Shown here one piece after another: positions 56,402 through 64,000 of a stretch of 64,000 nucleotides of DNA (its first letter is position 1; every line of letters starts with the position of its first letter). Source of the stretch: Candidatus Yanofskybacteria bacterium RIFCSPHIGHO2_01_FULL_43_32 (lineage in GTDB: Bacteria; Patescibacteriota; Minisyncoccia; 2-02-FULL-40-12; GWA2-44-9). Position numbers and translations under genes: made by a program. The notes beneath the pieces were generated by a model that saw nothing but the letters and a program-made list of their open reading frames with translations, was not told the origin of the DNA and did not search any database. Location: contig MGJF01000002.1 in assembly GCA_001794125.1 (NCBI GenBank), positions 172,514-236,513 on the forward strand. Direction: 5' to 3'.

Positions 56402-58205
56402 AGACGATAAATTTGAGGAAATTTTGGATTTATTCAAGAATACTGCCGCAAAAGAAGTCATCTTTGTCCTGCCGAAAACGTCAAAAGCTTTCAAAAACGA
56501 AGAACACTTTATCATTCTTGACAATGAAGCCAAAAAGTCGGACAAGAAAATCTCGCTCCTGTGTTCCAGTCCTGACACAAACAAACTCGCAAAGAAATAT
56601 AAATTTGACGTCCTGTTGGCCAAGAGCGGGGACGAAAAACCCTTGATTACCGCTGTGAATCAATTTGATTCCGAAAAGGATGATGAGGAAAAAGAGGAGG
56701 ATACTGAAAAGTCGGAAACGGAACAAGAAGATAAAAATCAGGAAGACAACGACCGAGCGAAGAGCGAGGAAGTACTGAAGCCAGCAGGCCGAATGTACGA
56801 CGATAACGACGAGTTTCAAGTTATGACAGTTTCCAAAATGAGAAGAAGTCTTGAAGGTATCGTAAAACAGGGCGGAAAACCCCTTAAAATAAATCCCCCT
56901 AAAGAACGGCCCGTAAGCCTTTCCGTAAAGAAAAAGCCGGCACATGAATACCAATCCGTGGATGATATTAAAAATGTCTGGAAAGACCAGAACGAGCGTA
57001 TCCGCGTTCCGAGCGAGAGTATCTGGACAGGCATAAACAACAGAACGAGAAAATCCCTCAGAAATTTTCCCAGAAAGTCATTGATCGGCCTTGGCGTAAT
57101 TTCGGTTGTCCTGCTTGGAACCATAATTTACATATCCGCGGGAAACGCCAAAATAGATATAATGCCCAAAAAACAACCCCTTGATATTCAACTGAAGGTT
57201 TCCGCCTCGGATAAATTTTCATTTGTCGACGCCGGATTGAACAAAATCCCCGGCCAATTATTCAGCGTGGAAAAGAATGCCGCTCAAACCTTCCAGACAA
57301 CCGGAGAAAAAGAAGTCGCCCAGAAAGCCAGAGGAACAATCACGGTATTTAATGAATATGGGACTACGCCCCAAGTCCTTATCGCCACCACCAGATTTCA
57401 AACCCCGGACGGACTTATTTTCAGAACACTGAAAAGCATAACGGTTCCGGGAACAAAAGTGGAAAACGGCAAAATAATTCCGGGCAGTATAAGCGTGGAG
57501 GTCGTAGCCGATAAACCGGGGCAGTCATACAATATTCCGGCAGACAAATTCGGCATACCGGCTTTTAACGAACGGGGTGATGCCGGAAGATACGAAAAAA
57601 TATACGGAAAATCCGATGAAACCATGAGGGGCGGAGCTATCGGCAAAGCAAAAGTGGTTACCGATACGGATTTCAACGCCGCCAAACAAACCCTGTCGAA
57701 TCAGGTCACAAAAGACATTCAGGATTCCCTCAAGGCCCAAACCTCCGGATTAAAAGTGCTCAACGCTTCCGCCATTAAACTGAAAGAGCCGGAGTCCACT
57801 GCGAAAGTTGACGAAGCGGCCAATGAATTTATGATGGCAGTGAGCGCCGCGATAAAAACAGTGGGCTTCAAGGAAGACGACTTGAAAGGCCTTATCAGAC
57901 AATATATCGATAAAACTAAAAACCTTACCGCCATTCCCGAAAAACTTTCTACCAGCTATGACAACATAATCCTTGATGAAACCACCGGCATATTGACGTT
58001 CACCGTGAACATCAAAGGCAACGGCTATGCCAAAGTGGATGCCGATAAAATAAAGACGGATCTGGCCGGCAAAAATGAGACGGAGATAAAGAGCTACTTT
58101 AAGGAGGCCGCCGGCGTGGACACGGCCAAGGTGGTGTTATCGCCGTTCTGGGTTAAGAGAATCCCGCAGGATAAGGAGCGAACAAAACTCCAGATAAACT
58201 ATTGA
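56370..58205 (+). CDS. Membrane protein with a baseplate-J-like extracellular domain
   Basis: Central TM, TGEK..KARGTITVFN..LIATTRF..GLIFR..VPG, VVADKPG..YNI. Confidence 0.65.
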   Translation: MASTKIINVLKDDKFEEILDLFKNTAAKEVIFVLPKTSKAFKNEEHFIILDNEAKKSDKKISLLCSSPDTNKLAKKYKFDVLLAKSGDEKPLITAVNQFDSEKDDEEKEEDTEKSETEQEDKNQEDNDRAKSEEVLKPAGRMYDDNDEFQVMTVSKMRRSLEGIVKQGGKPLKINPPKERPVSLSVKKKPAHEYQSVDDIKNVWKDQNERIRVPSESIWTGINNRTRKSLRNFPRKSLIGLGVISVVLLGTIIYISAGNAKIDIMPKKQPLDIQLKVSASDKFSFVDAGLNKIPGQLFSVEKNAAQTFQTTGEKEVAQKARGTITVFNEYGTTPQVLIATTRFQTPDGLIFRTLKSITVPGTKVENGKIIPGSISVEVVADKPGQSYNIPADKFGIPAFNERGDAGRYEKIYGKSDETMRGGAIGKAKVVTDTDFNAAKQTLSNQVTKDIQDSLKAQTSGLKVLNASAIKLKEPESTAKVDEAANEFMMAVSAAIKTVGFKEDDLKGLIRQYIDKTKNLTAIPEKLSTSYDNIILDETTGILTFTVNIKGNGYAKVDADKIKTDLAGKNETEIKSYFKEAAGVDTAKVVLSPFWVKRIPQDKERTKLQINY

Positions 58206-58230
58206 CAAAAATATAGCGATGTATTAGGAT
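58202..58230 (+). promoter_or_regulatory. Promoter of the RiPP precursor gene
   Basis: TTGACA-17 nt-TAGGAT. Confidence 0.6.
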
Positions 58231-58265
58231 TCAGGAGGTTCTTGTTCTTAGAAAAGGGAAAGGTC

Positions 58266-58445
58266 ATGGATTCATTGCTAAATTCAGCTCCAGTAAGAAG
58301 TGCTGTTTCTCAGGTTAATCCGGCCAATCAGAAAGACAAGAAAGACATCCCGTTTATTCTCGGCTTTCTGGAGTATCGCAAGGGTGCGTGCTCGGCCACA
58401 TCAACCGGCTACTGGAACGATCCAGACGCTCTCGACAATACATAG
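58266..58445 (+). CDS. Putative graspetide (omega-ester RiPP) precursor peptide
   Basis: 59 aa with leader PFILGFLE and core SATSTGYWNDPDALDNT, directly upstream of the ATP-grasp ligase. Confidence 0.75.
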   Translation: MDSLLNSAPVRSAVSQVNPANQKDKKDIPFILGFLEYRKGACSATSTGYWNDPDALDNT

Positions 58446-58450
58446 TTTAC

Positions 58451-58505
58451 GCGGTCCAACTGGACCGCTTTTTGTTTTGACAGATTAACATTTTAGTGCT
58501 ACGGT
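58451..58505 (+). terminator. Terminator after the precursor, overlapping a second promoter
   Basis: GCGGTCCA/TGGACCGC plus T-run. TTGACA-17 nt-TACGGT with TG at 58477-58505. Confidence 0.6.
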
Positions 58506-58549
58506 ATCGGCATCTCTTTTACAAGTAGAACGCGATGAGGTGAGCCAAG

Positions 58550-59515
58550 ATGATATTAGCTATAGGCAACTCTGGGATTCATGAGGTGGATGCATTTAAG
58601 GCCGTTGCTGAATCTTTACAGAGACGGGGCTGCGACCGGGTAGTTCTTTTCAAGCAAGATAAATGTTTGGAAGGCGAATATTTTAATTGTGACGCAAGCA
58701 ATAGTAGATTCGCATATTCAGTCACAATAGACGGTAAGCAGTATAACGTAGAAGATTTTTCGGCTGTTTGGTATCTGAAACCCCATCTGCCACGAGAGCT
58801 GATGACCTATGAACCTGCAAAATACAGGCAACTGCTACAAAGACAGTTTCAGGAAATGCGGCAGGCGGTTTGGACGATATTTAGCCACAAGAAATGGGTA
58901 AACGACCCATGGCAGGAACTAAAGGTCGACAACAAGGCCTTTCAGCTTAATCTTGCCGTTCAAACCGGGTTCAAAATTCCTGATACATTGATAACATCCG
59001 ACCCGGAAAGAGTGAGAAATTTCTTCAATGCTCATAATGAAGATGTAATCTTCAAACTCTTGGCAGCCAGTCCAATCCAGGACGAAGTTATGTATACTAA
59101 TCGGTTGACCAGAGATTTTCTCAAGAATATCGAAAGAATCAAATCCTCGCCGACCATTTTTCAGGCATACGTACCCAAGGCCTACGAACTTAGAATAACC
59201 ATCGCCGGGGATAAAATATTTCCTGCTAAAATCTATTCGCAGGATGATTCAGGAACAGCCCTCGATTGGAGAAGGCGGCCTAAGCTAAATGACTTTGAGG
59301 CAAAGATGGAGATAACAGAACTCCCGCTCCATATCGAGCAAAGTATCAGAAGCTTTATGCTGGCGGCTAAACTTGACTTTGGCTGTTTCGATATGATAGT
59401 AACGCCGGACGGGGAGTATGTATTCCTTGAAATAAATCCCAGTGGCCAGTGGTATTTTGTCCAACTGCGGACAGAAGCTAAAATAGGAGAGGCAGTCGCG
59501 GATCTGCTTGTATAA
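58550..59515 (+). CDS. MvdC/MvdD-like ATP-grasp peptide maturase
   Basis: NKAFQL..A...GFKIPDTLITSDP, IFQAYVPKAYELRIT, DWRR, FGCFDMI, FLEINPSGQW. Confidence 0.9.
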   Translation: MILAIGNSGIHEVDAFKAVAESLQRRGCDRVVLFKQDKCLEGEYFNCDASNSRFAYSVTIDGKQYNVEDFSAVWYLKPHLPRELMTYEPAKYRQLLQRQFQEMRQAVWTIFSHKKWVNDPWQELKVDNKAFQLNLAVQTGFKIPDTLITSDPERVRNFFNAHNEDVIFKLLAASPIQDEVMYTNRLTRDFLKNIERIKSSPTIFQAYVPKAYELRITIAGDKIFPAKIYSQDDSGTALDWRRRPKLNDFEAKMEITELPLHIEQSIRSFMLAAKLDFGCFDMIVTPDGEYVFLEINPSGQWYFVQLRTEAKIGEAVADLLV

Positions 59516-59574
59516 AAAGTGGGGGAAAGGCATAATTAAGCCCGGTACCCCTTTTAAATCCCAATTTTAATAGA

Positions 59575-59979
59575 ATGAATAAACTTTTAGAAAAACAGAT
59601 AATACAGATGAAGGAGATAGAACAAGAGCTTCGCCTTAATGCAAAGCCTGGCAAAGACCCGGCTAACTATCTTATATATGCTGTTGATATCGGCCACAAC
59701 CAAATGATTTGGCGCATCATTGAGCAGTACGGATATCCGACAAAGAAGATGATAGGCGAAAAAGGAATGAAAGCGTTTTGGTTGTTGATCCAGCATCAGG
59801 ATTATGACCTTGAACTTCAGAAGCAGTGCTTAAAAAACTGCGATTTTGACGTTGAATCAAAACAGCTTTTAACAGACAGAGTGCTGATTAATAGCGGTGA
59901 AAAGCAGATTTATGGAACCCAGCATATGAGATTGCCGGACGGGAAAATAGTGGTGGCTCCTGTCAAAAAGCGAAAATAG
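59575..59979 (+). CDS. DUF6624-like protein
   Basis: IIEQYGYP...G..G..AFWLLIQHQD.D..LQ..CL...TDRVLIN.G..QIYGTQ. Confidence 0.75.
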   Translation: MNKLLEKQIIQMKEIEQELRLNAKPGKDPANYLIYAVDIGHNQMIWRIIEQYGYPTKKMIGEKGMKAFWLLIQHQDYDLELQKQCLKNCDFDVESKQLLTDRVLINSGEKQIYGTQHMRLPDGKIVVAPVKKRK

Positions 59980-60017
59980 CAACGATTGCATGCGACACAG
60001 AATACCCACAGAATCTG

Positions 60018-60283
60018 TTGACATTTAAAGGCGGTTTTGATAAAATGAGAGGGCTTTAAAATATCATGTGTTTAGGCGGGTCCCATGATTCCTAAGTGGT
60101 GGACCTTCCGCCTACGGTAGTATTAAACCACTTGTTTTTAGTAGCGGAGTGCTGGTCGTGCTTTAGCCGACCGATGCTCTCTGTCGGGAGAAATTCATTT
60201 TGAACCCCGCCCTTGAAAAGCATATCAATATTTCTAACGGGAAGGGTTTCAAATAATAGTTAAGCATTGGAACTAAACAGCCG
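60018..60283 (+). promoter_or_regulatory. Promoter and long structured leader of the infA-alpha operon
   Basis: TTGACA-17 nt-TAAAAT with TG at 60018-60046, several hairpins in a ~230-nt leader. Confidence 0.55.
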
Positions 60284-60511
60284 ATGCTTTTCAAGAGCGG
60301 GGTGAAAGAACAAAAAGAAAAATTTAACGGCACAGTAGTAGAGTCATTACCCGGCACGACCTTTACCGTTGAGCTGGAAGATGGCCGTAAAATTTTAGCA
60401 TATCTTGCGGGAAAGATGAGATTAAACTATATAAAGGTAATGCCCGGCGACAAAGTTGCGGTAGAATTAAGCCCCGACGGGTTAAGGGGAAGAATAACGT
60501 TTAGATTCTAA
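60284..60511 (+). CDS. infA: Translation initiation factor IF-1
   Basis: [36 protein letters not shown]. Confidence 0.96.
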   Translation: MLFKSGVKEQKEKFNGTVVESLPGTTFTVELEDGRKILAYLAGKMRLNYIKVMPGDKVAVELSPDGLRGRITFRF

Positions 60512-60512
60512 T

Positions 60513-60626
60513 ATGAAAGTACGAGCATCGGTCAAAAAAATGTGCATAAACTGCAAATTGGTAAGGCGAAAGGGCCGTCTTTATTGCATATGCAAGAATC
60601 CGAAGCATAAACAGCGACAGGGCTAA
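60513..60626 (+). CDS. rpmJ: 50S ribosomal protein L36
   Basis: [37 protein letters not shown], read directly from the sequence. Confidence 0.97.
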   Translation: MKVRASVKKMCINCKLVRRKGRLYCICKNPKHKQRQG

Positions 60627-60637
60627 TTTTAAATTAT

Positions 60638-61024
60638 ATGGCGCGTATTTTAGGAATAAACATTCCCGACAACAAAAAAATATTATATTCGCTGACCTAC
60701 ATATACGGGGTGGGCCGGCCTTCAAGCAAAATTATTTTGAGATCCTCAAATATATCCGCCGATAAACTGGCCAAAGATCTTACCACTGAAGAATTGAACA
60801 AGATACAGAAGATTTTGGAAAAGAGCTACAAGGTTGAAGGGGATTTGCGCAAAGACATCGGTCAGAATATTAAACGCTTAAAAGAGATCGGGAGCTGGAG
60901 GGGGTTAAGGCATGCCAGAAAACTGCCCATCCACGGACGTTCCAAAACAAATTCCAGAACTTTGAGGGGAAATGTGAGAAAAACGATGGGTTCGGGAAGA
61001 AAGTCGTCATCGGATAAGACTTAA
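60638..61024 (+). CDS. rpsM: 30S ribosomal protein S13
   Basis: MARILGINIP, LTYIYGVG, VEGDLR, RGLRH. Confidence 0.97.
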   Translation: MARILGINIPDNKKILYSLTYIYGVGRPSSKIILRSSNISADKLAKDLTTEELNKIQKILEKSYKVEGDLRKDIGQNIKRLKEIGSWRGLRHARKLPIHGRSKTNSRTLRGNVRKTMGSGRKSSSDKT

Positions 61025-61028
61025 TCAT

Positions 61029-61469
61029 ATGGGACAGAAAAAAATAATAACAAAAACAGAAGAAGACATAAAACCCGTTACAGAAGGGGTTGTTAGCGCT
61101 TCCAAGAAATCAACCAAGAAGCAGGTCATCAACGGAGTCGCCCACATCAACATTTCATACAATAATACGCTCATCGACATCAGCGACCTTAAGGGCGATA
61201 TTCTCGCCTGGTCTTCCTCTGGTTTACTTGGATTTAAAGGAGCAAGAAAATCAACTCCATATGCCGCCAACATGGTGGCTAAGGATGTTTTTGAAAAGGC
61301 AAAAAAATACAATTTAATGAATATCAAAGTTGTTGTTAAAGGTATCGGTCCGGGCCGTGAATCGGCTATCCGAGGATTAGCCGGAACCGGATTAAACCTT
61401 ACTTCGATACAGGATGCGACCCCGATTGCGCACAACGGCGTCCGCAGATCTAAACCACGCAGAGTTTAG
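61029..61469 (+). CDS. rpsK: 30S ribosomal protein S11
   Basis: GFKGARKSTPYAA, GPGRESAIR, TPIAHNG. Confidence 0.97.
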   Translation: MGQKKIITKTEEDIKPVTEGVVSASKKSTKKQVINGVAHINISYNNTLIDISDLKGDILAWSSSGLLGFKGARKSTPYAANMVAKDVFEKAKKYNLMNIKVVVKGIGPGRESAIRGLAGTGLNLTSIQDATPIAHNGVRRSKPRRV

Positions 61470-61503
61470 TATTTAGGTATTAGAATTTAGAAATTATAAA
61501 TAT

Positions 61504-62139
61504 ATGGCACGTTACACAGGACCAAAAGAAAAAATAGAAAGAAGGTTAGGCGAAAAGCTTTACTTAAAAGGCGAGAGATCATATTCCCAGAAATCCGCTA
61601 TGACCAAAAAACCGTATCCGCCCGGAATGCACGGCCAGAAGGGTTCCAGAAAAGCATCGGAATTCGCCCAACAGTTAAAATCCAAACAGAAAATAAAGAA
61701 CATTTACCGACTGCTGGAAAAACAATTCAAGAATTACATTAAAGCTTCCATCAATTCCAAAAAAGAACCGTACGAATTTATTCTGAAAGAGCTTGAGAAC
61801 CGGTTGGATAATGTCGTTTTCCGGATGGGATTCGGCCAATCAAGAGATCAGGCCAAACAGCTTGTGAATCATGGACACATCCTGGTAAACGGAAAAAGGG
61901 TCACGATCCCTTCTTTCAAAGTCAAAATAGGCGATGAGCTCAAGATAAGAGAAGGAAGCCTGAAAAGCCCCTTCTTTATGAATCTTATGCCGGTATGGCT
62001 CAAAAAATACGACGCGCCCGCATGGATTCAACTGGACAAGGAAAAGATGACGGCAAAAATAAAGGGTCAGCCGACGCTTCCGGAAAGCGGAATAAACGTC
62101 GGGGACCTGCAGGCAATAATTGAGTTTTATTCAAGGTAA
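61504..62139 (+). CDS. rpsD: 30S ribosomal protein S4
   Basis: MARYTGP, PPGMHG, LENRLDNVVFR, IIEFYSR. Confidence 0.97.
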   Translation: MARYTGPKEKIERRLGEKLYLKGERSYSQKSAMTKKPYPPGMHGQKGSRKASEFAQQLKSKQKIKNIYRLLEKQFKNYIKASINSKKEPYEFILKELENRLDNVVFRMGFGQSRDQAKQLVNHGHILVNGKRVTIPSFKVKIGDELKIREGSLKSPFFMNLMPVWLKKYDAPAWIQLDKEKMTAKIKGQPTLPESGINVGDLQAIIEFYSR

Positions 62140-62187
62140 TTAATATGTGTCATGTGCTGATTATTAAGGCGCATTACATAAAACAAA

Positions 62188-62928
62188 ATGATACAGATAC
62201 CGGAACAAATTAAAGTGTTGTCGAAGGAGGGTTCAAAAACCACGTTTGAAATATCTCCATTGATGCCGGGCTACGGAGCCACGATAGCAAACCCGTTAAG
62301 GAGGGTGCTGTTGTCGTCTTTGGAGGGAGCCGCTATCACCTCGGTTAAAATAAAAGGCGTCGACCATGAGTTCTCAAGCATCTCCGGGGTTTTGGAGGAT
62401 GTCGTCGAAGTCATTTTGAATATCAAAAAAATCAGATTTAAGCTTCACGGAGACGGTCCGGTCAAACTGACCTTGGATGTCAAAGGAGAAAAAACCGTCA
62501 CAGCCGCGGATATCAAGCTTACCTCTGATATTGAATTGATAAACGAAGACCAGCACATTGCCACCATTACCGACAAGAAAATGGGCTTGAGCATGGAATT
62601 GGAAGTGGAAAAAGGCGTCGGCTACGTGCCGGTTGAGCAGAGACAAAAAGAAAAACTCGCCATCGGAGTTATCGCCGTTGACGCTATTTTTTCACCCGTT
62701 AAACTCGTCAACTTCAAGATAGAAAACGTCCGCGTGGGCCAGAGAATCGATTTCAACAAGGTTGTAATGGAAATAGAAACGGACGGTTCCATAGAACCGG
62801 AGGAAGCAATGAAGAAAGCTTCTGAAATTCTTGTTGACCACTTTAAGTTGATTTCGGATGTTAAGACGGAAGAAAAGACGGCAAAGCCGAAGAAAACCAA
62901 AGCAACTGCCAAGAAAAAGTCCAAATAA
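62188..62928 (+). CDS. rpoA: RNA polymerase alpha subunit (NTD only)
   Basis: PGYGATIANPLRRVLLSS, HEFS, DAIFSPV. Ends after the NTD with a Lys-rich tail. Confidence 0.95.
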   Translation: MIQIPEQIKVLSKEGSKTTFEISPLMPGYGATIANPLRRVLLSSLEGAAITSVKIKGVDHEFSSISGVLEDVVEVILNIKKIRFKLHGDGPVKLTLDVKGEKTVTAADIKLTSDIELINEDQHIATITDKKMGLSMELEVEKGVGYVPVEQRQKEKLAIGVIAVDAIFSPVKLVNFKIENVRVGQRIDFNKVVMEIETDGSIEPEEAMKKASEILVDHFKLISDVKTEEKTAKPKKTKATAKKKSK

Positions 62929-62931
62929 AAT

Positions 62932-63279
62932 ATGAGAAGGGGCAAACATCGAAAATTCGGAAGAGAGGCGGGACAAAGAAAGGTGCTTTACCGGGCTTTG
63001 GCGACAGCGTTGATAGAACACGGCAAAATAAAAACCACTTCCGCCAAAGCCAAATCGTTGACCGTCTACATCGCCAAACTGATAACTACGGCTAAGAAGC
63101 AGGATTTGGCCGCGCGAAGATCGGTTCTAACGCAGATAGGCGAAAAAGCCGCTAAGAAACTGATGTCCGAGATAGCTCCCGATTTTGCTTCGCGAAACGG
63201 CGGATATACCAGAATACTGCGATTGGGCCAGAGAAGGTCCGATAGCGCCGAGATGGTTATTATAGAATTTACTAAATAA
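62932..63279 (+). CDS. rplQ: 50S ribosomal protein L17
   Basis: IKTTSAKAK, RNGGYTRI, RRSDSA. Confidence 0.97.
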   Translation: MRRGKHRKFGREAGQRKVLYRALATALIEHGKIKTTSAKAKSLTVYIAKLITTAKKQDLAARRSVLTQIGEKAAKKLMSEIAPDFASRNGGYTRILRLGQRRSDSAEMVIIEFTK

Positions 63280-63280
63280 T

Positions 63281-63625
63281 ATGAAGACCGTTGAAATAGA
63301 CGCAACAAATGAAACATTGGGAAGATTGGCATCAAAGATCGCCGTACTTTTGCGCGGTAAGAATTCAGCTTCATATCAGCCCGAGGTTTTGCCCGAGGTT
63401 GAGGTCACGGTAAAGAATGCCGATAAGATCAGATTTACCGGTTCCAAATTCGCTACCAAGACCTACTATCACTATTCCGGATACCACAGTGGCATCAGGG
63501 CAAGGAAACTGTCCGAACTCTGGGAAACAAGGCCGACCGAAGTTATCAGAGACTGCGTTTACAGAATGCTTCCCAAGAACAAGACCAGAGATAAAATAAT
63601 TAAAAATCTTAAATTCGCAAAATAA
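63281..63625 (+). CDS. rplM: 50S ribosomal protein L13 (short form)
   Basis: IDA..LGRLASKIA..LRGK, YYHYSGY, MLPKN. Confidence 0.95.
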   Translation: MKTVEIDATNETLGRLASKIAVLLRGKNSASYQPEVLPEVEVTVKNADKIRFTGSKFATKTYYHYSGYHSGIRARKLSELWETRPTEVIRDCVYRMLPKNKTRDKIIKNLKFAK

Positions 63626-63627
63626 CA

Positions 63628-64000
63628 ATGGCACCAGTTAAAAAAACAACCAAAAAACCGGCTGTCAAAAAAGCTGCCGTAAAACATAAGGCCGTAGCCA
63701 AACCGAAACCTGTCGTCAAAGAAGAGGAGATTTTGGTTGAAATAGCTCCCGTTGAAGTAGCTGAAGTCGCCAATGGCAACGGCAAAGAAAAATATTTCCA
63801 GGCCATCGGACGAAGAAAAGAGTCCATTGCCCGAGTGCGTTTGTATACTAAAAAGTCCACCGATACCGTTGAAGGAGAAAAAGCCCTTGTTGTCGTAAAC
63901 GGCAAGGACTACAGAAGCTACTTCTCCGATGTTAACCTCTGGAGCATTGTTGAATCGCCCTTGAGAAAGCTCAAATCATTAAACCGCTTCAAGGCCACGG
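63628..64000 (+). CDS. rpsI: 30S ribosomal protein S9 with a Lys/Ala-rich N-terminal extension (3'-truncated by window edge)
   Basis: YFQAIGRRKESIARVRL, VNGKD, follows rplM. Confidence 0.9.
   Translation, partial: MAPVKKTTKKPAVKKAAVKHKAVAKPKPVVKEEEILVEIAPVEVAEVANGNGKEKYFQAIGRRKESIARVRLYTKKSTDTVEGEKALVVVNGKDYRSYFSDVNLWSIVESPLRKLKSLNRFKAT

Noticed and set aside
56370-58205. Prophage, suggested by the baseplate-J-like domain
   Set aside because: Membrane-anchored single gene overlapping dus, with no other phage genes.
1-64000. CRISPR array, rRNA or transposase
   Set aside because: No regularly spaced direct repeats, rRNA-like sequence or transposase motifs seen.

Overview
This window looks like core chromosome from a Patescibacteria/CPR (Parcubacteria-like) genome. 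That assignment is inferred from the compact AlaS, the RpoA lacking its C-terminal domain, VirB2-like pilin fusions, a TraD/HerA-like ATPase and bifunctional PGI/PMI. Housekeeping content: 3' end of serS, ftsQ-like, murB, dnaX, a DEAD-box helicase, dsbB/dsbA, a copper-resistance operon, nadA, mnmA, gpmI, rny, hup, PBP1A, alaS, dus, and the infA-rpmJ-rpsM-rpsK-rpsD-rpoA-rplQ-rplM-rpsI operon. There are five intact tRNAs (Gln, Gly, Arg, Pro, His). The most notable unexplained features are: (1) a compact graspetide-type RiPP locus (precursor, MvdD-like ATP-grasp ligase, DUF6624-like protein) at 58.2-60.0 kb; (2) a ~680-nt, highly structured, promoter- and terminator-bounded putative ncRNA at 3.13-3.82 kb, plus a smaller one at 0.5-0.65 kb; (3) a tRNA-Pro nested inside a structured insertion in a second tRNA-Pro-like scaffold at 51.18-51.57 kb; (4) several families of short palindromic elements inserted in frame in conserved proteins, and a ~125-bp dispersed structured repeat; (5) a boxA-like motif plus Shine-Dalgarno signature in front of most lineage-specific genes but not the ribosomal-protein genes. 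No CRISPR array, rRNA or transposase was seen. All family assignments come from recognising motifs by eye, not from database searches.
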